From the NCBI RefSeq assembly GCF_009914755.1, contig NC_060933.1: a stretch of DNA of 64,000 bases; one strand, written 5' to 3'. Below are positions 48,578 to 62,405 of this stretch, piece after piece. The notes under the pieces are model-generated. The model worked only from the letters and a program-made list of their open reading frames with translations, was not told the origin of the DNA and searched no databases. A program made the position numbers and the translations under genes. Position 1 is the stretch's first letter; each line of letters begins with the position of its first letter. Source of the DNA: the human T2T-CHM13v2.0 reference genome, Homo sapiens.

Positions 48578-49944
48578 CTCTAAAAGGTCCTAGCATTGAT
48601 ATTGTGGTAATTTGAAATGTTTGAGTCTCTGCAAATAACTTCTATGGAATACCTGCTTGTTTTATACCAGATTATTGATGCCCCAACATATCTTATTATT
48701 TAAAAAGTTGGACAACAGCAGGGAATGAAAATCTACTTAGAAATACCAGTGCTAAATGATTAAATGGCCTCCAACCTAAACTTGAATAGATTCCTTGTTT
48801 ACATGATGGTTGTAAAGCTTGTTAAAGAATTGATCCCTTTTTTGAAGCCATATACTGAAGAGCTCTTATTCTATTTTAAAGCAAAGTACAAGAACCCTCT
48901 AGCCTTAGCATTCCTGACCTTGCCAAAATGCATCAGCAAGTGAACATCAATGGTGCCCCCCACAATCATCTCTCAGTGAGGTGTGTTTCCAAGCAAGCAC
49001 CTTCAGGTAAAAATTTTCATTACTTTACACGTTTTCTTGGAAACCAGGTTTCCAGGATCCCAAGTATGATTGCAAGGTCATGATGAAACCCATGGGAAGA
49101 GGTCATGTACCGGTTTTATGCATCACTATCAAAGCCAAAGGAAGTGATTTTGGACTTTCTGGTGTAATATTATTAATCAGTTTCTTGATTATGTAACACA
49201 TTCAAATGCTTGAAATGCCCCTAATTTGATTTAAAATTTCCCCTATTACAATCACAGTTCTGTATCAGTTGGTTGCAATACATGTTCTATAGGTAGTGAT
49301 CAATTTTGATCATGTTTATCTTTTGACTTTCTAATCTAACTTTACTCACCTTGTCTTTTGCTAAAAGTGACCTCAAATATATTGAGAAAAAGTAGAGTAA
49401 TAAATTCTGGTAAAAAAATTATGGTGAAGCTTATTTGGACTTTCTTGAAGTAATTTAGCAATTTTGCCAACAACATTAATTTCACGTCATTCAACATGTT
49501 CCTACATGTTCAGTAATAGTATCTAGTAGCTGAACTATGGGACAACTTTTGGAGACCTGTCTTAATTATCTCCATCAACAATTAGCTAATGATCAACAGA
49601 CAAATAAGAATGTATCCTAGATGTTCCTTTGCCTGTAGCTAGTCTTCATTCATTATAGCCTAAGAGGTTTTCCTTGTTAAAAGCCATGTGGCTGGAACAG
49701 ATGGTCTGCATGTGTTATCTCCATCTTTATCAGCATTGAGGACATTTCTGTTGGGGTGACTTGACAGTAGCAGAGTCTTCAGGAGTCTTTACTCTACAGC
49801 CATCTGGCATTGAGTTTTCAGCTAGAACCCCTGAGGTTTCATGACTATGTCAACATGAAGGAAGTAATAAGTCTCTGGCCACTGCAGTTGCTGAAGTGAG
49901 TGACCAGAAACTTCTATGCCTACTAATGTAATGCAGAGATAATA

Positions 49945-50222
49945 TTTTTTTTTTTTTGAGACAGAGTCTTGCTTTGTTACCCAGGATGGAATGCAGTGGC
50001 ATGATCTTGACTCACTGCAATTTCCACCTCCGGATTCAACCAATTCTCCTGTCTCAGCCTCCTGGGTAGCTGGGATTACAGGTGCATGCCACCATGCCCA
50101 GCTAATTTTTGTATTTTTAGTAGAGACGAGGTTTCACCATATTGGTCAGGCTGGTCTCAAACTCCTGACCTCGGGTGATCCACCTGCCTCAGCCTTCCAA
50201 AGTGGGATTACAGGCGTGAGCC
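49945..50222 (-). mobile_element. AluS SINE, slightly 5'-truncated
   Basis: Dimer with T tract; TSD cagagataat on both sides. Confidence 0.92.
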
Positions 50223-51596
50223 AGAGATAATCTTGAAATTGGTGCTGTCTCCTTAATAGTCAAAATATTATAAGATTAAACTGAGAGCTTGTTTTATGTC
50301 AATAGTTAACATCTAAACCCAAAAGACCTAAGTGCAAATGTAGCCCTTGAACTTCATAGCAGTGAAAGCTTGAGTAAACTACAAATACCCTCGACCTCAG
50401 TTTCATTGCATGTAAAATAGGAATAATATAAACACTTAAATCACAGAATGATTGAGAGACTAAATTCAAAAGTGATATTCAAATGAGTTATAATTACCTG
50501 AGGGGAAAAGTAAGTAATCTGTTTGATTTTAGCATTTTATTGTGTTTAAGTTTCTGTTAGTATTTGAATGATTGTGAGTTACTAGTATAATGGTAACAGC
50601 TCAAGAACATTTTTGCAGTAGTAAAATCTTCTGTGGAAGGCAGACTTGTTTGCTACTTCCTTAACGCAACAGGCAAGTATGCATTTCCTTAAAAGTACCT
50701 TGGTAATATGGAACAAAAAGTTACTTTTTAGAGTACCTCAAATACTTCATACTTCTCATGAAGCTTTCAGTCATGACAGTGCTATCATAACTTAACCTTC
50801 TTTTCTTCTAACCCAAAAAATTTGACTTCTGGAAAAATCTCTTCTCAATTTAAATTCCAATTTTTACTTCTATCTTTTTCTCTCAAAAGCTGGGAGATTT
50901 TATTTTTTTTTAGCTTTGTGTTTCCTTAGTTGCTCTTAATTTGGTTTCATGCGTAAAACATTCTGAAAATCACTTTCTTGATGAACATTAGTAAACATAA
51001 ACAAAGAGGGAAACATCCTGAATACTCAAAATTTCCTATTTCCACTGCCTTCATCTTAGACACACCACCCAGGGACAGATAGTTGCCTTATACAATTTCG
51101 GTAGAAAATGTCCAATCCTTATTATTTTAATTGACTCAAGATTGACTCAGTCTGAGGCCTGCTTTGGATGCCACAGCAAACCATTCCGTTCCTGTCAGGA
51201 TCTGGAAGAAAGGGGGTTTTTCCTGCCTGTCGGTTAATCCAAATCACTTGAATTACATTCTTCTCTTATTGCTGACTCTGCCTGGCAGATGCAAAGACAT
51301 TGATAAGGACTGATTTCCTGCAATTGAATGAAATGAAGATGCTTCTGTACTCTTAACATCAGCTTGGGCCCACTTTAGCTTTTGATTTAGTTTTGAGGAA
51401 TGGTCCCTCTTTTACCATCACTGTGTCGGAGTTTATTTTATTTTAAAATTTCTATCATGAAGAATTTCGTAATAGCACTTTTATTGGCCAAATACTAAAT
51501 AATTATTTAAGACAAGCCTTACATACGGAAAACAAGGATGTGTAGGGTTTGGGGCTTTTCTTCCCCCCCGGATGCCCAAGCAGTTTGAGATACTGC

Positions 51597-51710
51597 TCAT
51601 GTGACCAACTTGTACCAGTTTGCTTGGGACTATCTCTGTTTTAGCACCGAAAGACCAGCAACCCAAGAAACCCCTCAGTCGTGGGCAAACTGGGAGAGTT
51701 GGTCATCCTA
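51597..51710. mobile_element. MER81 (hAT-Blackjack MITE)
   Basis: Imperfect palindrome gtgaccaac...cagtttgc / gcaaactgg...gttggtcatccta, about 114 bp. Confidence 0.8.
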
Positions 51711-51852
51711 ACACCACTGAACAGTGCAATTGATTTGGGTGATATTCTCCTTTGAGATCGTAACTTTCCCTGAAACTGTTTCTACACAAAGCTCCTTTCA
51801 TAGACATGAGCTCTGTATTCTGTAAGTTCAGCTTGTCTAATAGTGACTTGAG

Positions 51853-52210
<358 letters not shown>

Positions 52211-52844
52211 TCATTTACAAAATGCTCTCTTTTTTCTAATTCTAAGCATCCTATTTTCATCTCTTTCCTTGTTGTATTCATTTATAAGCTTTGCTTGAAA
52301 TCTTTCTAACTTAAGAAGTTTTAACTTAAGAAGTCAGTTCAAAGAGGAATAATAAATAATGCTATTTAAAATAATAACTACGGATTTCTCTCATAGTGGA
52401 GTTATGGATGATTTTATTTTCTTCTTGCCTAAATCACACTGTGTGTGTATTTTTAACCAAAATATCTCCTAAAATCCAGTTATAATTAGATTTTAAATAA
52501 TTTAAATTAAATTGAATGTATAATGGTCACCAAAATCCATCTATAGAACCTCATCATTTCTGGTTAGCACTGCCCATGGGAACACACACAGGAAATTACC
52601 TAGATCTTCTGTCCAGAAAGACATCATGCCAGAAAAAAAAAAAGACACTGGTCAGGGTCCAAGAAATAAAGTAGAAAAGTTGGAGAATTGTGAAGCAAGT
52701 CAACCAAGTGACAAGCTGCCAGGATCAGTTGAAGAATGAATGAGATTCAGGAATAAGATGACCAGAGGCAAAGTAGATTTTTGATGAATAAAAGAGAATA
52801 TCAGGAAAATAAGTATCAGAATGTTTTATTGGACCAGGGAAATT

Positions 52845-53150
52845 TTCATTCATTTATTTGTTCATTTATTCACTGAAAAATATTTAGTGCATGCTGTCTA
52901 TGTGCCAGCATTTATATTATTAACCAAAGGTATAAGAAAATCATTGCCCTTTGGGAACCTATATTCTAGTGTGGTAGTGACAATATCTACCAATATTAAT
53001 ATAATAAGTATATAGTATTTTTTAGAGTGGAAAGTGTTCTGAGTAAAAACAGAGTAGGCTTAGAGGCATCGAGAATATAGATAGGGTGAGTAGAAGAAGG
53101 ATTGTAATATTAAAATGCAGAGCAGTGAAAGATTCAAGTAGTAAAAGTTC
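52845..53150 (-). mobile_element. L2 3' fragment
   Basis: tcattcatttatttgttcatttattcac...atatttagtgcatgctgtctatgtgccagca. Confidence 0.6.
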
Positions 53151-54279
53151 TTAGAAGGGACCAACATTACCTGTAGAAAACAGTGAATGAAAACAATGAC
53201 TTTGTAAAAATGTGCCGGGATTCAGAACGCTGTTTGACATCTGAACTGCGAGACTTGGTAGTATGAAAAAGGGACAATGTGTTAATGTCAACTGGATCCC
53301 GCCCAGTTTGGGCCTCTTTACCTTCAAATTTGTCTGTTCCTATTTGCCTTTACTACAGATGAGATGAGTGAGGCAGAGGTGCTAATAGTTTCTAAAGTAT
53401 TATGGTTGGGAACTACAGAAAAGTTATTTTGTGTGGGCCACCATTATCCAGCAAATATTTCCTATTGTGATCGGGGGTGAGATACAACCCATTAATGCTT
53501 CCTAGTGGTGCAAATAGATAAGACAGAGTTTTCTATTGGTATCCTTTTCTCCGATACCAAATGCTGCTGAAAAATATTTTTAGTATTTTAACTAATGATT
53601 GACTTTATTGTGTATGTGACTACATTTATGTGTTATAGAAGTGAATGATAGACTTTAAAAGATTTTGAACTACGTGGATAAATGAAGCCATTAAGCCAGT
53701 CATAACAGGAAAGCCCTTTGGGGAGGAAATGTTATATTGCCAGTAACCCAACATCCTGTAATGTACAATATTTAAAGTTTCCTTTTTTAAAATTCACTCT
53801 TTGACTGAGTAAAACTCAGTTCTGCAAGAAGTGCAGAAAAGATAAGTGTCAATGGATGAATGAATCAATGAAAACAGAGGTGAATGTAATAATAACTACA
53901 AATCCTCATGCACTATGAAAACTTAGTCATATATCTACTGTTGCTTTTTATTGAGAAAACTAAGTCTCCCAGAGGAGAAACATTATATAAATTGTGCTGT
54001 TTAAAAATTGCTGTGTTCATTATGAGGAGCTTAATTATGGTCATCACTTACCAAAAAGAAAATCAAAGTCTTGTCGAAGAATTCATAATAATGAATGTTT
54101 CTCATTAAAAATTAATGAACAAATGGCTTATTCTGAAGGTATGGAGGCTGTGGGAATATCATAATTTTCCTTTCTTGTTTAAAAGAATTAATATTCATGC
54201 AAATTAGATCCAAATTACTACAGTTTAGGTGGTTACTTAGTGCTATAGAATATAGATTTGTTTTTACCATGGAAGCCAA

Positions 54280-54650
54280 TTATATTTGTCAACACAGGCT
54301 AGATTATGTTATGATAAACAAACCTTGAAATCTCAGTGGTTTAATAAAACAAAGCTTTCTTGCTCATGCAAAAAGCAGTGTAAGACAGAATGCCCCTTCA
54401 AAGCAGCTCTCCTCTATATGGGGACTCCACAAGCTGTGCTGCTTTCATTTTATACCTTGGCCATTTCAACTTTCAGGATCACTATGGAACAAAGAGAGGT
54501 AGAAGGTTGTGCATCAGCTCTTGAATGCTTCAGCCTGAAGTAACACACATCACTTCTGTTCGCAGCCCAGTGCCACCTGGTTTCAACGAACATAGCTGGG
54601 ATATGTGAGCGAGCAGATGGATATTCAGTGAATAATAATGTGCCTACAAC
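54280..54650. mobile_element. Old MLT1 LTR fragment
   Basis: aaacaaaccttgaaatctcagtggtttaataaaacaaag...gaagtaacacacatcacttctgttc. Confidence 0.55.
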
Positions 54651-56463
54651 AGCAGGATCAAATCCAAAAGAAAAGTATTGGTGAAAGACATATAACCTAC
54701 TAGGTAGGTACTGCTAGGATTGTTTGCATAACATTGGAAGAAAGAAAAGAGAATACTTCAACACACAACCAAAATCAGCTCTGTGCCTTGAAACAATAAA
54801 GTAATTCACGAATCCATCAATTAGTAATATAATTGCCACTGGATCCATGTGACTGTAAAGGTACTGCAATAATTGTTCACAGCCAGAGAGGGATCAAACC
54901 ATCAGTGCAAAAGACATTTCTCTGAGGAAATCCATCTCTCTAAGGAAGAGGGAAGGAGTTGGTTCCTTGAGTGTGGGGCTATAAATATCAGAGGCAAAGA
55001 CCCATTCTTCAGATGGATGTACTATTCTGTTAAAGTCTGAGGAATGCTCTCTCTTCCCCAGATTAATAAGGAAGAGAGTGCCTTGACTAGAAAGAAAAAG
55101 CTCTCCATTCTGAAGTCTTGTTTCAGAATGCACACAATTTAACTTCACTTTCTTCATCCCTAGGCTAAAATAGCAAATAAATGAAGGACTGGGTTAATTA
55201 AATGCATATTTTAACAGCATTTATCTGGCATTGATTGGCTGAGGCCACTTACAGTAAAGCGTGGAATAGTTAATACAAGTGTTGGCCGTCTCCTAAAGGA
55301 GGTGACCTCAAGGTTACATAATTGTAGCAGTAATTTATTTAGCTTAAAATGAATGTGTTCTCAATTAGGTTGGTAGGCATTATAATAACACAAGAGGGAT
55401 TTATATTTGCTTATGTCTAGGCTATGAGGGTTTCGTTATTGGATTTGTTTGCCTATATTTAGTCCTCCAATTCATGATTCCTCCCAGTTAAGAGCAGGAA
55501 GTTTGTTCATGCTGATTAATAGGGGCCCAGTCCTAATGTTGCAGATAGTTACCTAATCCCGCCAGAGGCAGCAAGGGAGCAGACACATAGCACAGATGCC
55601 AGAAGACAGGATTATCTGGTGGGTTCTGCTCATGGGAACTGTTCCTCCCCCAATACAGATCCATCAGTGCCTTAAATTTGCCCCATAAATTGGTACTTTA
55701 TATGAAAATATTCTACCAATGGGGCACTTCTGAGTTTATCACAGGATTTATCATGCTGGAATTAATATTTTTTATCTATATCGCAATTCTTTTAATCTAG
55801 TGGTCAAAAAAATGGTAATTCATGATGTTCTTTGGTTGAATTTGAACTCCTGACTTCTTTTAGATAGGAGAACTAAGATGCCTTTACCATTCCTTGGTCA
55901 GACGTAGTAAAGACATTTTTAAAAATAAACATGTGAATGGGTGATTCTTTACCCACCCTATCTACCTGGACCTCTGTGAATATTTGCTTATTTGCACACA
56001 TGCTAAGTGTGCAATTAGTCATTCTGTATGAACAAATGTAATTATTATTATTATTTTCATTTATTTACAAGCTTGTCAGAGATGGAGAGCATTAGTCAAT
56101 CACAAGGGCCAACAGAGCCTGCACTGGAAGTCCAGGGCTCAGCCAGTAGATGTCTCTGTTAGACTCACTACAGTGAAATGTTCATGCCCCCTTGGGAGGA
56201 TGCCAGCCCTTTTGGGCTCAGTGTAGCCTGTTTGCTACATCTATATTTTTGTCCAAAATTTTAAAACTATAAAAAGAAAATCTGGCACTAGTTGTACCAT
56301 ACTTGTGTTCCAGTTTATACTGTCAACTTCAGAGCCTGGCTTCTATTTAGATCACCCAGTGAGATTCAAGGGCTCACTCATTCTCCTGATGGAGACAGGG
56401 TTACTCTCCCCTTTACCTCCCCCTGCATAAAATATAACCCTATGTGCAACCTCCCTTCTCCAG

Positions 56464-56606
56464 GGAAACTGAAGCTAACACTCACCTCACTGTCTGCTGA
56501 GAGGCCATCTGCTTTGCTATGCAGGCTTTCACCACAACAAATTTATGGTCTTTGGGAATAATAGGGAGCTTTTTTGTGTGTGTGATCTCTTATGCAACAG
56601 ATTCAA
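56464..56606 (+). other. Candidate internal non-coding exon (143 nt)
   Basis: cctcccttctccag acceptor and CAA|gtaagt donor; stops in all three frames. Confidence 0.4.
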
Positions 56607-56859
56607 GTAAGTGATCAAATCTGTGAAATGTGCTGGAGATGAAAACTGTCACCAGAGCAAGAAGGAAGGTGTATAGATGTGTTCTCGAAAGCAAAGAGTA
56701 CTCGCTACCAACTCATTTTTGTTTGATGTACTTCAGTGGCTTTGCAACCCACAGAAGCAGTTTCTTCAGGTATCTGTCAGAAGAGGATATGAGGCCTTTA
56801 TATTTAAAGGCTACATAACCAAGTCACAATTACAAATCTTCTAATCTTAGGAAACACTG

Positions 56860-57080
56860 TCCAGTGGAAGGAAAATTGGCCCAGACATTAGGAGACCTGT
56901 GTTCTACTGCCAATTCCTTCTTTCATTCTCTGTGTGATTTTGAGTTACTTAACTTCTATGATCCTGTTTAGTTCTCTGTGATAGGAGATAATGAGACTTA
57001 CTTCTCAGATTGTCCTGAGGCTTAAATATCATAATGTATATATAATCCTCCTGAATCATAATAAGTTACTATTTATTCCT
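56860..57080 (+). mobile_element. MIR fragment
   Basis: ggagacctgtgttcta...ctgtgtgattttgagttacttaacttct...gaggcttaaatatcataatgtatat. Confidence 0.6.
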
Positions 57081-57619
57081 TTTCTCCTCCTTCTTCTTTT
57101 CTCATTGATCAAATCAACAGGAAGGCTAAGATGCATTTTTTAAAAAAATTGATAAGGGACTTAAGTAGCTAAAATAAAGCTTTGTGATTATTAAAGCATA
57201 TCAGAGATTTTTATTTACTGGGCTCTATAACACCCTCTTCATTCCTTTGACCACAGGACACGTGTTCAGAGTCAGAAGAAACAATGCAGGTCCTATTCTG
57301 TCAGATTGTTCCCATATTCTTTGGTTTGAAAGCTATTGATTAAGCTATGTTTTCTTAGCTATCACGTTGTGAGAGACGAAGAAGGACATTTGCACCAATA
57401 AATATAAACTATAAGAAGCAAACTATGGATAACTTCTCTAAGAGCCATCTTTCACCATTGGTTTGTGTGTGGGTTTATAGAGAATCTGCTTTCCTCTTGG
57501 TCCTCTGCTGATGGGAAGAAGTCTCTCAGGTTCCTACTGTCAGGGCATCACTCAATAGCCTGGGGAGAACATCTCTAGAAGAACATCTCAATGCTAACTG
57601 ATAAATTGCATGCTAGATA

Positions 57620-57875
57620 GGAGTTGAACAATGAGAATACATGGACACGGGGAGGGAATCATCACACACCGGGGCCTTTCCGGGGGGTGGGGGGATAAGG
57701 GGAGGGAGAGCATTAGGACAAATACCTAATGCATGCAGGGCTTAAAGCCTAGATGACGGGTTGATAGGTGCAGCAAACCACCATGGCACATGTATACCTA
57801 TGTAAAAAACCTGCACATTCTGCACATGTATCCCAGAACTTAAAGTAAAATTAAAAAATAATAATACAATAAAAT
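57620..57875 (+). mobile_element. L1PA7/8-type 3' end
   Basis: gagttgaacaatgagaa...aggacaaatacctaatgcatgcagggcttaaagcctagatgacggg...cagaacttaaagtaaaattaaaaaa. Confidence 0.88.
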
Positions 57876-58879
57876 AACTTTAAAGAGAATCCAAATGAGG
57901 GAATTCTGCATGCTGAAAATAATGACAGGAGTGAGTGGGTTGGAGGATATTCAAAAAAGAAACTAATATTGATAAAAGGAAAAAAAGCTGGACAATAAAT
58001 GGAGGAAGAGAGGATGACATTTTAGGTACTGAGAATAAGAAGAGCAAAGGAAGACAGACTTTCTGGAGGAAGTGGAAAAGTTCTCCTCTGCTTCACTGAA
58101 AGAGAGTATACTGAAGTTTTGAGTGTATTCACACCAAACAGATGTGAAGAGAAAATGCAAATCCTTTACTTCCTAAAGCTGCTATGGCCATCATGAGTAG
58201 CAAGGGGAGACTACTCCTGTTTAAAACCCAGTGCAATCCAATATTTCTCTAGGTTTGACTCAAGCACCTTGAGGTTGCTGGTCAGTCTTACAGAATGTGC
58301 TTCCTTTTCTTCATTCTCTCTTTTACTGGCCTCTGATGCAGGGTACCTTTCCTCTACCAGAGGACTTTTGATTTTAATCCAGCCTCCCCTTTCTCTTAAA
58401 GGACAAACCAAACTTGTCAGTCTGTCCAATAAAGCTCTGAAGATAGAGAGGCAGCAAACAGATATGACCCTAGCCGTCTACTGCCTCAGTTTCCTGTTGC
58501 CCTTTCTCAAATCACTAGGCTGGGAAAAGGTCTTGCCTGAGGTGCTCACATTTTTTTTCCTTTACAAAAGGACATCCATACTCCCTGTTTTCACAAAAAT
58601 ATATGTGTCCATAAAATGTGGTGGGAGAAAACTGACTTACCCATCAAAGGATATAAATTGAGAGACTGTTCAAAAATATTATATATAGTTCAAAGCCATG
58701 CAAATAAAACAGAGTTCTTATATGTGTGACTTCGAAACACTTTAAAAAATTCCTTTTTCAGTACTGCAAGGGCCAAGGTCATGTTTGCATTTTGTTCATA
58801 TTTCAAACAATCAGCCTATAGTCAGGATACTTCAATTTTCATTGTTTTAAGGTTTTGGCTCCAGAACAATAGACGGGAA

Positions 58880-59333
58880 TGTGTCCGGAGTTGATTCCTT
58901 CCCATGGGTTTGTGGTCTTGCTGACTTCAAGAATGGAGCCACGGACCTTCAGGGTGAGTGTTACAGCTCTTAAAGATGGCAAGGACCCAAAGAGTGAGCA
59001 GCAGCAAGATTTATTGTGAAGAGCGAAAGAACACAGCGTCCACAACGTGGAAGGGGACCTGAGCGGTTCCTGCTGCTGGCTGAGGTGGCCAGCTTTTATT
59101 CTGTTATTTGTCCCCGCCCATGTCCGGCTGATTGGTCCATTTTACAGAGTGCTGATTGGTCCATTTTACAGGGTGCTGATTCGTCCATTTTACAAACCTC
59201 TAGCTAGCTGCAGAGCACTGATTGGCGCATTTTTACAGAGCACTGATTGGTGCATTTTACAAACCTCTTGTAAGACAGAAAAGTTCTCCAGGTCCCCACT
59301 CGACCCAGGAAGTCCAGCTGGCTTCACCTCTCA
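58880..59333 (-). mobile_element. Solo LTR, LTR12F-like (ERV1/ERV9 lineage)
   Basis: Minus strand TG...CA termini, 454 bp, 4-bp TSD ggaa (58876-58879 / 59334-59337). Tandem ctgattggtccattttaca units, GC box, AATAAAAGC TATA-like box and AATAAA. Confidence 0.9.
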
Positions 59334-60236
59334 GGAACAGGCTCATATTCTAACGAAACATATATGTCTCTTCAGCAGTGATGAAATTGCCATATAAAAT
59401 GCACACCTGACAATTAGAATAGCACCAAACATTTGAATCCATTTGATGCTAAGGCTTTTTCTCAATATCCAATTTGTAATGCTTATGAGTCAGGTCAAAT
59501 GGAAACATTGCACAAAGATCATGACTATAACCACAGCCACTTGGAAATTAATAACTTTTTTTAAAAAAAGAAATTTCTGGAAAGGAAAACCTTTAGAAAA
59601 GATGTGGCTCTGAAGCATTTATCCTCTAAGTCTGTAATTGCCCTGATCAATGGAGTTTAGCTCCATGAAAGTGAAGGCTTTCCCCAGAAGATGATGGAGA
59701 CCGGCCTTGTCCTGCAGCTGTTTCATAAAGGCCTAGAATAAATTTCAATTTCAATAACTTCATTGGCATGACAGGGGAGACTTGTTTTGTGAAGGTCAAT
59801 ATAACTGAAGCCCTGTCTAAGAATTGGTCTCTCCCTGTCCATATTTGGACTATGTAACAGACAGCTAAGGCCGCAGCTGGCACTTTTTTCCCTACCTTCT
59901 TACCCTCTACCCTTTCTAATTTTTCTACAAGGAGTGTGTTTGGGAAAGGTAAGCGATTTCAGAAAATATGCTACTTTTAAATGTCTCCAGTTGTTGGACT
60001 TTTGCCAAATGTTGTGGTCATTGAGCTTGAAACTGATAAATCTGCAGAGAGCTTGTGAATTGACCTTTTGGAAAAACAAGCTAGGATATCTGTAAACTGT
60101 TTCTTTTCTGGCACGGCAAGTGGGAATATTTCTACATTTGTGACCACTGCCCATTTGAAGACCTTAAATGAATGGTCAAGTCAGGATTGGAACCTGCTAT
60201 GGTGAAAAAAAAAAGGTCAAGAAATATATATACACC

Positions 60237-60591
<355 letters not shown>

Positions 60592-62173
60592 CTACAGTGT
60601 GTTCATGAAAGTCTGGAAACATAGGCGAATTACATATAATGCCATCAAAGACATCTCCAATCTGTAAGACGAATAAATAATATGAAATAATATTAATATA
60701 TCCTTGCTAATGTCAGCAATTCTTATAATATTAATAATATTAACATAGATAATATCATTTTCACCTATGTTTACGGACTTTCTGGGCACCCCGCACAATA
60801 TGACCCCAAATGTAATTTTTAACATGTGTATATATGTTATATATTTAAAACACCAGAAAAATATACAGCAAAATTTCAACAGTGGTTTTCTCTGTGAGGT
60901 GAACTTATGTAGCATTTTAATTTTCTTCTTTACTTATCTGATTTTTCCAGTGTTTCTAATATCAGCATGTGTTACTTTTGTATTGAGAAAAAATTAAAAA
61001 TAAAAAACAACAGAATGCAACAGAATAAATTGTGTGTCCACACCATTACTGTACAATGCACTGGTAGGTAAACTATACAATAGACCTGTTTAGATACTTG
61101 GAATAATGGTTGTGAGACCCACACTTTGAAGATACATGGCATGTTTTAAGAATTTAGAGAGGAAAGAAGCGACAGGAAAAGACGAGTAGCAAGAAATATC
61201 AGAAGGTCCAAATGTCTGTCTCCTAAGGCATTTATAAGAACCTCTGTGCAATCATTTTCTCTTCATGGGAAAGGAAAGAATGTGATAGAGTGGTTTCTTC
61301 ATCTTTGATTTCTTCTGTTTTCTTTGACTATATCACCAAAAGCCTTCTGGAAACACACTTAAAGATCCATATATATTTAAATTAAATAGAATATGCTCTT
61401 GAGACATTACCAGAAAGAGTCACATATAGATAAATCATAGGCTTGTGCTAGGCATTTTTAAATATAAAAGTGGTTTTAATGTGTGTGATAAAATAACAGA
61501 AACAAACTATTGGTTAGGTTTATGAGGATTAACAGAAGACAATATGCTTGTGCTAGTCTGCAACCAGTTCCAGGAGAGTTATTGTGTAATGCGAATGTGT
61601 CTATGTAGAATTATTACTATAATCTACAGCAGTGGTTGGACCCAAGTTCCCCCACAATAACACAGATTGAATTATGAAATCTAATAACTTTGGAGAGAGC
61701 TTTGTCCTGAAACTGAATGTGTCCGGTGGTTTTTATGTCTCTCAGACCTCTTATAGATTGTTTTCTCTGCCACAATTTCTATAGCCTTATAAAACTTCTC
61801 ATATGTTTAACCTGTATGCACGAAACCCATGAGATGAAAGTCCAATACTGCCGAGGTAGCAATTGCTTTCCCTGTAAGGAAGACCACATGTTCCCATAAA
61901 CTTTAAAGGCAGAGCATAATTTTACTTTTCTCTCATGGAATATTTCTAATACTTAAGTGTATACAACATGACCCAAGCATATTTGAGGTATATTCAAAAG
62001 CTGTCCAAGGACAAAAGTGAAAATATTCAGGAATGCAAACAGTTCTGTGTATTCATGAAGGGCTGGCCATTCCATCACAGAACACTGACTTTATGTCTCA
62101 TTGGCATATGTTTCTCTTGCTTTTGAGAAAATGACTTGTAGGTTATTGTAAGGAAAGAGTTTCTATTCTGTAG

Positions 62174-62405
62174 ATGTTGCCACTAGCAGATGAAGACCTA
62201 AGCCCTCCCCAACCATCTTCCCCAAAATAACTACTGTACCACAGCAGCACCACACCGTCCTGTAGTCCTGTACTGTACAAGACACCACACTGTCTTCACC
62301 AAACCACGTCTGAATAGAAGAACTCCACAGAGCAGTTTGATTGAGATGACCATGTTGCTTGCCATTTCGGTACATTTTTAATAAAAATTCTTTCACCTTG
62401 ATCAA
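62174..62405 (+). other. Candidate terminal non-coding exon
   Basis: tttctattctgtag acceptor; AATAAA at 62380-62385. Confidence 0.35.

Noticed and set aside
55049-55078. 9-bp hairpin CTCTCTTCC/GGAAGAGAG
   Set aside because: Low-complexity stem, too short for a pre-miRNA, expected by chance.
58269-58661. 130-aa ORF in unique sequence, plus ORFs at 59647, 59900 and 62163
   Set aside because: No recognisable domain, several use non-ATG starts, and lengths are within chance expectation.
59128-59262. Regularly spaced ~24-bp repeats resembling a CRISPR-like array
   Set aside because: These are the normal CCAAT-containing tandem units of the LTR12-family U3, with no unique spacers.
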